Positions 1 through 8,014 of a stretch of 64,000 nucleotides of DNA are shown piece by piece. The notes under the pieces were generated by a model. It saw only the letters and a list, made by a program, of their open reading frames with translations, ran no database searches and was not told the origin of the DNA. Both the position numbers and the translations under genes were made by a program. Origin of the DNA: an uncultured Syntrophobacteraceae bacterium (lineage in GTDB: Bacteria; Desulfobacterota; Binatia; UBA9968); NCBI GenBank assembly GCA_964572145.1, contig CAZNES010000011.1:8687-72686 (forward strand), written 5' to 3'. How positions within the stretch are numbered: position 1 is the first letter of the stretch; every line of letters starts with the position of its first letter.

Positions 1-487
1 GCTGCGCACGCCGTTCGAGAGTACGAGCCCTGCGACCGGCTCCTTCACCGCGTACGATGAGATGTTAATCACGCGGCCTCCCCCGGCTTTGCGCATATGC
101 GGCACCGCCTCGCGCGTGAGCCTCACGGTGCTCAGGAAATTAAGGCGAAACGCGTTCTCCCAATCCTCGTCGGTGAATTTCATGAACTCCCCGAGCGGCG
201 GCCCGCCGGCATTGGTCACGATGATGTCAAGGCGGCCGAACTTTTCTACCGTCTTGGCGACGAATTTCTGAATGTCTTCCGCGCGCGTCATATCCGCCGT
301 GAGCGCCAAAACCTCGCCGCCGGTCTCGCGCCGGATCGTCTCCGCTGTCTCGTTGAGCTGCGCCTCGCCCCGGGCGCAAATACTTACTTTGGCTCCCTCG
401 CGGGCAAAGCCCAGAGCAGCCGCCCTTCCGATTCCCTGGCTCGCCCCGGCGACTAAAGCTACTTTCCCTTTCAATCCCAAATCCATT
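1..487 (-). CDS. SDR-family oxidoreductase (3-oxoacyl-ACP reductase-like), partial; the gene continues beyond the window start
   Basis: Reverse-strand translation from ATG (rc) at 485-487 reads MDLGLKGKVALVAGASQGIGRAAALGFAREGAKV..., a classic SDR Rossmann motif. The + strand ORFs at 62-523 are its antisense shadows. Confidence 0.8.
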
Positions 488-614
488 CCTTGCTTCCCCT
501 CTTCCCTAATGCCTGATGCCTAATTTCAGCCGGATCCTCCTGAGGCGGACCCGCCGTGCGTTATGGCGGGGGCTGATCCGCCAATCTTTTTGGCGGAGCC
601 TAATGCCTGTTTTT

Positions 615-860
615 TTATTTCTGGCTCCAATAAATATTGTTACGAAACTCCGGGTTCAAGCGCATGATATAGAGCGCTAGCATCCCGTGCGCGCCCAACT
701 GGTGCAGCCGTCGTGGATCTCCCGCCTTGAGCGCTTCCCGTTCTTCCGCCGTCAGTTCGTACTGGCTTATAGCGCTGTCGAGACCGGACTCGGCCTGCTT
801 CAAAACCTGCGGGTTCATCTTGAGGTCGAAAAGAAATCGGTTAAGGTGATAGCTGCTCAT
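615..860 (-). CDS. small LigA-like subunit of an aromatic ring-opening dioxygenase (putative)
   Basis: 81-aa ORF immediately downstream of and co-oriented with the LigB-type gene. Its size and the position of the Trp/Pro residues are consistent with short LigA-domain proteins. The assignment is by context. Confidence 0.45.
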   Translation of the reverse strand: MSSYHLNRFLFDLKMNPQVLKQAESGLDSAISQYELTAEEREALKAGDPRRLHQLGAHGMLALYIMRLNPEFRNNIYWSQK

Positions 861-947
861 AGCGCCTCCGGCGCAATTTTGAATTGTGAATTATGAGTTT
901 TGAGTTCTTAAATTCAAAATTCAACACTCAAAATTCAAAATTTGTAT

Positions 948-1811
948 TTATAGTTTCCACGAGACGAATCCCCATCCCGTTGCGACATGGTCGGGCATGT
1001 AAAAAGTTTGTGACGCTTTAGCCTCTCCGATTGCCCCCACCACGACCATCCAGTTGAGAAATTCCGAATCTCCCGCCTTGCAGATCTCCTCTATGGAATA
1101 ATCCGCCAGGGCTCTCCCTTTGCCCTCGCGCAGGATCTCCAGCAGCTTGTGATCGAACTGCGTGTCGATCTCGCCGATTCTCGGCGAACCGGGGAAGTGG
1201 GACAGCCCGCCAGTGGCGAGGATCGCCACGCGCTCTTTCCAACCGTCGGCGACTTTACGGATCAGCTCGCCCACTTGATAGCAGCGCCGCGGCGTCGGTA
1301 TGGGCTCGACCCAGGTGTTGACGTAGATCGGCAGGATCGGAATCTTGGGCTCGGGCAAAAGAAAATAAAGCGGCACGGTCTGCGTGTGCTGCAGCTCGAT
1401 ATGTTCGCCGAATGAAAAATCGATACCGCTATCGATACCCGCTTTCAAGATGGCGCGGCCAAGCTCTTTGTGATTGCTGTAATGAAATCGGTGCCGGGTG
1501 AACTGCCCCTTGACCTCATCGGCGAGCGTGACGAAGAAAGTCGGGATGTTGTTGAAGACGAAATTGACGAACTGATCATTGGCCACGACGATCAGCACGT
1601 CGGGCCTGGCCGCTTCAAGATCGGCGCGCAGCGCCGCGTAGGCTTTCTCGGCGTCGCGCCGGAGCGTTTGCTGCGCCTCCAAAGACGGCTTCGAAGACCC
1701 CGCCTGCGGCGCCATGCGGTAGTGGAGCGCCATGAACTCGTCCCACTCGGCGCCCGGCTCGAGAAGAATATTCGGCGCGTGACTGGCGGCTACGGCGGCA
1801 ACGAAGGCCAT
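948..1811 (-). CDS. class III extradiol ring-cleavage dioxygenase, LigB (protocatechuate 4,5-dioxygenase beta-like) family
   Basis: AASHAPNIL, VLIVVANDQFVNF..NNIPTFF and LATGGLSHF match the LigB catalytic-subunit motifs (SHIP.., NDH...NIIPTF, GTGGMSH). Confidence 0.75.
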   Translation of the reverse strand: MAFVAAVAASHAPNILLEPGAEWDEFMALHYRMAPQAGSSKPSLEAQQTLRRDAEKAYAALRADLEAARPDVLIVVANDQFVNFVFNNIPTFFVTLADEVKGQFTRHRFHYSNHKELGRAILKAGIDSGIDFSFGEHIELQHTQTVPLYFLLPEPKIPILPIYVNTWVEPIPTPRRCYQVGELIRKVADGWKERVAILATGGLSHFPGSPRIGEIDTQFDHKLLEILREGKGRALADYSIEEICKAGDSEFLNWMVVVGAIGEAKASQTFYMPDHVATGWGFVSWKL

Positions 1812-1893
1812 TTATCTATCTCTCTCTTCCAACTGCACGATCTATAACCCACCCGAGGAAAAAATCAACTTGCTCTTTTCGCGCCGGACTTTC

Positions 1894-2400
1894 TCACAGA
1901 TTCTTGGAGAAGTCGTAGGACGAGGGGATGGCAGCCGGTTCTTTGCCGTAGACGAGGGCGATTTCCGCCAGCGGACCGATCTCGACCTGTTCCAAACGTC
2001 CGTTCACCCGTTTGCCGTTCACGTATATCTTCAGCGCTTCTTTCGTAGCCGGGACTCCTTTGGCCGTAGACTTCCAGATCTCAAAAAATTGCGCCAGCAT
2101 GAATGCTCGCGTCTCCGGCGCCTCGATGTGGATGATGCCGCTTGGATCGTGCGTATGCATCCAGTATAAACACGTGCGATCGATGATGCCGATCGATTCG
2201 GGAACGGCTTGAGGCTTGCCGTCGATAAAAATATCGAGGTGCGCATGGATATGAAAGTTCCCATATTCCTGGCGCTCGCAACGGATTCCCGCTATCGGTT
2301 GGCCGTCGGCCGCGCCGTAGGCCGGCGCATTCGGACCGGCCGAACCGCCGAAAATCAGCGCCGTCATCATAGTCGCGGCGGTTGAGAAATTTTTCCTCAT
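1894..2400 (-). CDS. hypothetical exported protein
   Basis: ORF with a probable start at MRKNFSTAATMMTALIFGGSAG, which reads as a signal peptide. No family recognised. Confidence 0.5.
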   Translation of the reverse strand: MRKNFSTAATMMTALIFGGSAGPNAPAYGAADGQPIAGIRCERQEYGNFHIHAHLDIFIDGKPQAVPESIGIIDRTCLYWMHTHDPSGIIHIEAPETRAFMLAQFFEIWKSTAKGVPATKEALKIYVNGKRVNGRLEQVEIGPLAEIALVYGKEPAAIPSSYDFSKNL

Positions 2401-2512
2401 GGGGTCCTCACATTGCCGTTGATGGCGAATGCGCACACTATACTTTCATGCGTGCGTCGGACGCAAGGCTTACTCGACCAAGTAAAAAAAAGAGAAGGAG
2501 GTAAAGGTTGAA

Positions 2513-2588
<76 letters not shown>

Positions 2589-2636
2589 AGAGCTAGGAAA
2601 TATTGCTTAAAAAGTTCGGAGAGTCAAGGTTGGCGG

Positions 2637-3605
2637 CTAATTCTGGCGCCGCGCGGCGGCTTTCTTCTCGATGAAATCGACGATCTGCGATTCGAGCTTC
2701 ACTCCCTCGAAGGCATTGATCTCTTGCACGCAGGTGGGGCTCGTGACGTTGACCTCGGTGAGGAAGCCGCCGATGACGTCGAGCCCGACAAAATAAAGTC
2801 CCAGCTTCTTAAACGGCGCCGCAAGCGCGCGGCAGATCTCGCGGTCTCGCGACGTGATGTCCGCTCGCGACGATGATCCTCCCACGTGAAGGTTGGCGCG
2901 GTTTTCATTCTCCTGCGGAATGCGAAGGAGCGCGCCGATGGGCTCGCCGTCGAGCACCAGCACGCGCTTGTCTCCCTGACGGATCTCGGGAAGATAGCGC
3001 TGCGCCATCACCGGGAACCGTCCTTCGCCGGTCATGAGTTCCAGGATCGCGGCGACGTTGCGGTCTTTACGGTTGAGATACAAAACGCCTCGTCCCCCCG
3101 CTCCTTCCAGCGGCTTGACAATCATCTCGCCTCCCTGTTCTTCCATGAATTGTTTGAGAAGAGCGATGTTGGCGCTCACGATCGAGGGCGGAATGATCCC
3201 GGGAAAGTTGAGCGCATAAAGTTTTTCCGTCGCTTCTCTGAGACCGTGAGGATCGTTGATCACGACGCATTGTCTCGGGTCCACCAGGCTCAAGAGATGC
3301 GTGGCGAAGAAAAATTTCATGTCGAAAGGCGGATCTTTGCGCATGAGAATGACGTCGAAAGCGCTGAGCGGCCCCGCGCCCTCTTTTTCGAAGCGATAGT
3401 GAGGATTCGCCCGCTCGACGCTCACGCGGCGAAAACGTCCCTCCGGCACGGCGCCGCGGACCGAGAGGTCGTCGAGCTCCATGTAGCACACTTCGTGGCC
3501 TCTCGATTGGGCCTCGAGCATCATGACGAACGTCGTGTCTTTATCGATGTGGATCTTATCGATCGGGTCCATGACAACCCCGATCTTGAGCCTACTCATG
3601 TTCAA
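2637..3605 (-). CDS. gshB: glutathione synthetase (ATP-grasp)
   Basis: 322 aa. MSRLKIGVVMDPI..., the ATP-grasp motifs and the prokaryotic GshB length and architecture. Confidence 0.85.
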   Translation of the reverse strand: MNMSRLKIGVVMDPIDKIHIDKDTTFVMMLEAQSRGHEVCYMELDDLSVRGAVPEGRFRRVSVERANPHYRFEKEGAGPLSAFDVILMRKDPPFDMKFFFATHLLSLVDPRQCVVINDPHGLREATEKLYALNFPGIIPPSIVSANIALLKQFMEEQGGEMIVKPLEGAGGRGVLYLNRKDRNVAAILELMTGEGRFPVMAQRYLPEIRQGDKRVLVLDGEPIGALLRIPQENENRANLHVGGSSSRADITSRDREICRALAAPFKKLGLYFVGLDVIGGFLTEVNVTSPTCVQEINAFEGVKLESQIVDFIEKKAAARRQN

Positions 3606-4163
3606 TCAGCTCCCCCGCTCGCTGCTCGTTTCTCTTATCACCCACGTGCGCGCCAGTGAATCGTGCCATCCCCTTTTCTCCCGGTTCCATAGAATGCGGA
3701 GAAAACCGAACAGCAGAGGCGCGCTAAGCAGCGCAACCAGCCAGCGGATCAGCGCCTGGCCATACCCGATACGCTCCTGGCCCGCGCCCACGACGCGCAG
3801 GCCGAACAGCCATTTGCCGACGGTTCTCCCGTCGAGACCATGAAGCACGACAAAATAGCCGCAGACGAGAAAGATCCATGCGCCGAGAAGCGCAGGCAAC
3901 GCTCCCTCAGCCGCTTCCCACGAGAGCGAGCGTTGGTGGGCGGCGAGTCCCACGCGGAAACCGAGCGCCGAGAGATAAAAGAGCAGCACAGAGAAGAGGC
4001 ACAAGACAAAAACGTCCACGAGAATAGCAAAACAGCGTCGGAAAAAGCCGCCCCATGCGACCGCGCTGGCGCGCTCTTCCTCCGTGAGCCGCTCGTAGAG
4101 TCGATCGTACTCCCGCTCAATCAGCGCTTGGAGCGCCGCCACGTCGTTTGTTTCGGCTTCCAT
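3606..4163 (-). CDS. RDD-family membrane protein
   Basis: 185 aa with two or three transmembrane segments and the R..D..D arrangement. It is adjacent to and co-oriented with gshB. Confidence 0.55.
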   Translation of the reverse strand: MEAETNDVAALQALIEREYDRLYERLTEEERASAVAWGGFFRRCFAILVDVFVLCLFSVLLFYLSALGFRVGLAAHQRSLSWEAAEGALPALLGAWIFLVCGYFVVLHGLDGRTVGKWLFGLRVVGAGQERIGYGQALIRWLVALLSAPLLFGFLRILWNREKRGWHDSLARTWVIRETSSERGS

Positions 4164-4216
4164 AAACCTAAGGAGTTTAAACCCTAAGCAGTCTCAAAGA
4201 AAGCGAGCCGGATGAA

Positions 4217-4993
4217 TTATCCCAGGTCGCCCCATAGAAACTGCGCCAGCGACAACGCTGCCACGGCGGCGGTTTCCGTGCGCAAAATTCTTTTTCCCAA
4301 GCGCACGGACTGAAAGCCGCTCTGCTCCGCTTCGGCGACTTCATCCGGGGCGAAGCCGCCTTCCGGCCCGATCACGAGGAGGAGCGAATCGAGGCTCGGC
4401 TTCTCTTCTCGCAGGCGCGCCAAACCGCGGGCCGTCTCATTTTCCCAAAAAATGAGCTTCAGATCGCAGGGCCACGGCCGCCGCACCAAATCGGAAAAAT
4501 CCATGACGTTTAGAATTTCCGGAACGCGGACGCGGCCGGACTGCTTGGCCGCGCTGAGAGCGATGCGCCCCCAGCGCGCCGCCTTTTTCTCACGCGCCGC
4601 GGCGTCGAGCTTGGGCACCGTACGCCGGCAGAGAAACGGCGCGATCGCCGACGCGCCGAGCTCCGTCGCCTTCTCGACGATCCAGTCGAGCTTGTCGCCT
4701 TTTCCCAGCGCCTGCGCCAATGTGATCCGAACGGAAGACTCGCGCTCGGGCCGGCAGGAATTTAAAATCTTGATTTCTCCCCGGCCGTCGGTGAACGAGC
4801 GAATGACCCCTTCATGTTCCCAACCTTCGTCGTCGAACAGAGTCACCCGATCGCCGGGCCCCAGGCGCAGCACTTTCCTCATATGTTCGAGCTCCGGACC
4901 GGCAATCGTAGCGCCGTCACCGTGGAAAATTTTTTTCGAGACAAAGAAACGCGCCACGATCAGCTCTTCTTTTGCAGCAGCAGCGTCACCCAT
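4217..4993 (-). CDS. rsmE: 16S rRNA (uracil1498-N3)-methyltransferase
   Basis: ARFFV N-terminus, the C-terminal SPOUT-like GPEGGF motif and the conserved position downstream of prmA. The start codon is uncertain; an ATG at 4993 or an upstream GTG is possible. The long 329-aa ORF is an artefact. Confidence 0.8.
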   Translation of the reverse strand: MGDAAAAKEELIVARFFVSKKIFHGDGATIAGPELEHMRKVLRLGPGDRVTLFDDEGWEHEGVIRSFTDGRGEIKILNSCRPERESSVRITLAQALGKGDKLDWIVEKATELGASAIAPFLCRRTVPKLDAAAREKKAARWGRIALSAAKQSGRVRVPEILNVMDFSDLVRRPWPCDLKLIFWENETARGLARLREEKPSLDSLLLVIGPEGGFAPDEVAEAEQSGFQSVRLGKRILRTETAAVAALSLAQFLWGDLG

Positions 4994-5832
4994 TCCTTCT
5001 CCCGGCGCTGGCGGATCAGGGAGAACGGCGCGGGGGAGAACCGGCTCGCCACCTGGCGTGCCTTGGGCTGCAAGATCCCGGAGAGAACGAGGTAGCCACC
5101 GTCGGCAACCCGCTCTTCGAGCGCGGCGGCGAGGTCGAAGATCGTCTCCGCGGTAAGATTCGCGACCACGACGCCGAACGATTCCTCGACGCGGTCCAGC
5201 CTGCAATTCGCGATTTTGATTCTGCGCTCGACGCCGTTCACCCGGACGTTGCCGCGCGCGACCTTGAGCGCCGTGGGATCGTTGTCGAGCGCCATGACGC
5301 TGTCGGCGCCCATCTTCGCCAAAGCGATGGCCAAAATTCCCGAACCGGTGCCGACGTCGAGAGCGTTTATCTCATCGCCGTTGAAGCGCCCGATCAGATG
5401 TTCCAGGAACTCGAGACAACACCGCGTCGTCGCGTGCGTTCCGGTGCCGAACGCCATGCCCGGTTCTATCGTGATGACGTGGCGGCGGCGCGTCTCGGGC
5501 GGCTCCACCCACGGAGGCGTGATCCACAGCGACCGCCCCACCTTGTGCGGAGAAAAAAAGCGCCGCCACGAATTCGCCCAATTTTTTTCCTTCAACAACC
5601 TCCAGGTGAGCGGATGGTCGCTGAAGCCGGGATAGATTTTGCGGATGTCGCGGAGAAAACGGTGAATCTCGCGCTTGAGCGCCGCAGTCCGCGGCGAACG
5701 GACAAAAAATGCCCGCACCTCGCTGCGCGTGAGAACGACGCCGGGAGAACCTCGCTCGATGAGGAAATTCGCGATCGCGTCGAGGGCCGGCGGAGGGGCC
5801 CTGAGAGAGAGTTGCAGCCACGAGACAGGCAC
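4960..5832 (-). CDS. prmA: ribosomal protein L11 methyltransferase
   Basis: 290 aa. The SAM-binding motif LDVGTGSGILAIAL and the PrmA N-terminal domain. It forms a prmA-rsmE pair. Confidence 0.88.
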   Translation of the reverse strand: MPVSWLQLSLRAPPPALDAIANFLIERGSPGVVLTRSEVRAFFVRSPRTAALKREIHRFLRDIRKIYPGFSDHPLTWRLLKEKNWANSWRRFFSPHKVGRSLWITPPWVEPPETRRRHVITIEPGMAFGTGTHATTRCCLEFLEHLIGRFNGDEINALDVGTGSGILAIALAKMGADSVMALDNDPTALKVARGNVRVNGVERRIKIANCRLDRVEESFGVVVANLTAETIFDLAAALEERVADGGYLVLSGILQPKARQVASRFSPAPFSLIRQRREKEWVTLLLQKKS

Positions 5833-5941
5833 ATATTTTTTATGCCATAGACCTGCGCGGGTAGCAACGGCGCGGCCGTGGCAGCGAGGGTTGGCAAAAA
5901 TTCCCAGCGCGGATATTAAGCAGGTACGGCAGCGCGCTTGC

Positions 5942-5970
5942 TTGATTCCCGGGGACCTGCCCCCTATAGT
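5942..5970 (+). promoter_or_regulatory. sigma70-like promoter TTGATT-N17-TATAGT upstream of the DUF1015 gene
   Basis: -35 TTGATT at 5942-5947, -10 TATAGT at 5965-5970, and an ATG 39 nt downstream. The same CCCTATAGTGGGG block is found upstream of gcvH. Confidence 0.5.
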
Positions 5971-6008
5971 GGGGCATCGACACGGGTTTCCGACTCCGTT
6001 TTTGCATC

Positions 6009-7346
6009 ATGGCACACATAGTTCCCTTTCGTGGTGTTCTCTACAACCCGAAAAAAATTTCCGATCCTTCCAAGGTGATCGCGCCGCCTTACGACGTGAT
6101 TTCCTCGGAGGATCAAGAGAAGCTCTACCGCCGCTCGCCTTACAACGTCGTGCGGTTGATCCTAAATCAGGAGCCGGAGCCGTATGAAGTTGTCGCGCGG
6201 TTGTTCGAAGAGTGGCAGAAAGAAGGAGTCCTCATTCGCGACGAAATGCCGGCGATTTACTTTCTCACCCATCGTTACGCGCTGAAGGACGGAAAAGAAA
6301 AGGAGCGCAAGGGGTTCATCGCCCTGGCGCGGATCGAAGACTTTTCCAGCGGCGCGATCCGACCGCACGAGGCGACGCTCGCGGCGCCGAAGGAAGACCG
6401 GCTTAAGCTCATGCTCGCTTGCCACGCCAACTTGAGCCCGATCTTCGCGCTCTACTCCGAGCCGAAACAGCTCATCAATCGACTGATGGCGGAGCATGTG
6501 CGGGGAAAACCGCCGGACGTCGAGGTCAAAGAAGACAAAGGCGGGAGCTGCCGTCTCTGGCGCGTGACCGACGCCGAGCTCGTTCGCATGGCCCGTCAGC
6601 AGATGGAGCAGCCGCCGCTTTTGATCGCCGACGGCCATCACCGCTACGAGGCGGCGATGAACTATCGCGAGCACATGCGCCGGGAAAACCCCCGATTCAG
6701 CGGCCGCGAGGCGTTCAACTACGTCATGATGTATTTCGCCAACATGAAAGACGAGGGGGTGACGATTCTCCCGACGCACCGGCTGGTGCGCTCATTCCCA
6801 GCCATCGCTTTTCGCGAGCTCGAAGAATCGCTGATGCGCTATTTCTACATCGAGCCCTATCCCAAAAACGACGAGGGCCGGCGCTCGTTCTTGCGCGCGC
6901 TTCAGAGCGGAAGGAAAAAACACCGGCTCATCGGCGCATCTTTCAAGCGCGATCCGCGCTATTTGATTCTGCGGCTCAAGAACAAGAGGTTCATGCAGCG
7001 GCTCGCCGGCGACTTGAGCGCGCCGCTGCAAGAGCTGGACGTGAGCGTGCTGCACCGTCTCATTCTCGATCACATCCTGGGTCTCAAGCCCGAGGAGCAG
7101 GTCGCGGAAGGTGCGATCAGCTATTCGCAGGACGAAGAGAAAGTTTTACAGATGCTGGATAAGGAAGATTACCAGGCCGCGTTTATTTTAAATCCGCCCA
7201 AGGCGGAAGAGATCCTTGCTATCAGCGGCGCCGGCAAGACGATGCCGCAGAAGACGACCTATTTTTATCCGAAGCTCATCGACGGGCTGGTAATCAACAA
7301 ACTCGATGCGGAAGAACAGATAGAAGAGGGGCCAGCAGGCAGTTGA
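6009..7346 (+). CDS. DUF1015-family protein
   Basis: 445 aa. MAHIVPFRGVLYNP... with the length and conserved blocks typical of DUF1015. Confidence 0.7.
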   Translation: MAHIVPFRGVLYNPKKISDPSKVIAPPYDVISSEDQEKLYRRSPYNVVRLILNQEPEPYEVVARLFEEWQKEGVLIRDEMPAIYFLTHRYALKDGKEKERKGFIALARIEDFSSGAIRPHEATLAAPKEDRLKLMLACHANLSPIFALYSEPKQLINRLMAEHVRGKPPDVEVKEDKGGSCRLWRVTDAELVRMARQQMEQPPLLIADGHHRYEAAMNYREHMRRENPRFSGREAFNYVMMYFANMKDEGVTILPTHRLVRSFPAIAFRELEESLMRYFYIEPYPKNDEGRRSFLRALQSGRKKHRLIGASFKRDPRYLILRLKNKRFMQRLAGDLSAPLQELDVSVLHRLILDHILGLKPEEQVAEGAISYSQDEEKVLQMLDKEDYQAAFILNPPKAEEILAISGAGKTMPQKTTYFYPKLIDGLVINKLDAEEQIEEGPAGS

Positions 7347-7376
7347 AGTCTTAGACGGCCGGTATAAGATTATTGT

Positions 7377-7613
7377 ATGAGGTGCCGGGTCTGCCATTCT
7401 AAGATGGTAAAAAAGAAAATCACAGTTGATTTACGTGTTGGCGAAGACCTGCTCGTCGTCGAACAAGTCCCGGCAACCGTGTGCGAGCACTGTGGAGACA
7501 GAGTGTTTGCTCCCACGGTCGCTAAAAAACTCCAGGCTCTGGGCAGACGGCGCAAAAAGGCGCCGCGAACCCTGAGAGTGCCGGTCTTCTCCATGGATGA
7601 GGTCTCGCCGTAA
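7377..7613 (+). CDS. YgiT-type zinc-ribbon protein (MqsA N-domain-like)
   Basis: 78 aa. MRCRVCHS...VPATVCEHCGD: two CxxC pairs with the spacing of the YgiT-type zinc finger. Confidence 0.6.
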   Translation: MRCRVCHSKMVKKKITVDLRVGEDLLVVEQVPATVCEHCGDRVFAPTVAKKLQALGRRRKKAPRTLRVPVFSMDEVSP

Positions 7614-7652
7614 GATTCCGCTTCCCATCTCGTGCAACTGCCAAGGACTCAC

Positions 7653-7811
7653 ATGTGGTTGGACTACGACGAGAAGGTCGATGTTCTATACTTGCATTTT
7701 GAAGACCGACCAGGCTCAACACACAGCCAAATGCGGGATGACGGCGTCATCCTCGACTACAAGGGCCGCCGATTAGTAGGTGTCACCATCCTTGAGGCCT
7801 CCCAGCGATAA
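7653..7811 (+). CDS. DUF2283-family small protein
   Basis: The 52-aa ORF (shorter than the 60-aa track cutoff) MWLDYDEKVDVLYLHFEDRPGSTHSQMRDDGVILDYKGRRLVGVTILEASQR matches the DUF2283 pattern (YD.E.D.LYI...GVILDYD..G.LVGIEIL.AS.R). Confidence 0.65.
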   Translation: MWLDYDEKVDVLYLHFEDRPGSTHSQMRDDGVILDYKGRRLVGVTILEASQR

Positions 7812-7980
7812 GGAAGATTACCAGGCGGCGTTTATTTTAAATCCGACTCAGCCGGAAGAGATTATCGCCGTCACCGGCGCCGGCGAGAAGATGCCGCAGA
7901 AAACGACCTACTTCTATCCCAAGCTGATCTCTGGATTGGTGATCAACAAAATCGATCCGGCGGAAGAGATGCCGGAGTGA
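7807..7980 (+). pseudogene. diverged duplicate of the 3' end of the DUF1015 gene (gene fragment)
   Basis: KEDYQAAFILNPTQPEEIIAVTGAGEKMPQKTTYFYPKLISGLVINKIDPAEE parallels the C-terminus of the 6009-7346 product. The DNA at 7163-7330 versus 7809-7980 is roughly 80% identical. Confidence 0.8.
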
Positions 7981-8014
7981 AGATCCTGCGCGCCCTTCCG
8001 CACCGACGCGCGAT

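Noticed and set aside
62-523. Three overlapping + strand ORFs (62-271, 97-456, 272-523).
   Set aside because: They are antisense shadows of the minus-strand SDR gene, whose Rossmann motif reads cleanly on the other strand.
887-950. AT-rich direct repeats (AATTCAAAA / ACTCAAAATTCAAAATT) between the LigB gene and the LigA-like ORF.
   Set aside because: They are short and of low complexity. They may be a UP-element or curved-DNA region, but there is no evidence for a discrete feature.
5372-5821. Many long overlapping ORFs inside or antisense to clear genes. Examples are 4452-5156, 4972-5850, 6162-6779, 6419-7162, 8643-9257, 10047-11210, 11148-12284, 22190-23305, 22311-23207, 25546-26262, 31077-32315, 32361-33476, 38456-39313, 38752-39990, 48584-50083 and 56945-58162.
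   Set aside because: High-GC DNA produces long stop-free antisense frames. Their products are Arg/Ala/Pro-rich and low-complexity, and a well-supported gene occupies each locus.
7780-7806. The first 9 codons of track ORF 7780-7980 (MSPSLRPPS).
   Set aside because: There is no homology to DUF1015 before the KEDYQAAF block. These codons come from the stop region of the DUF2283-like gene, and only 7807-7980 is the duplicated gene end.
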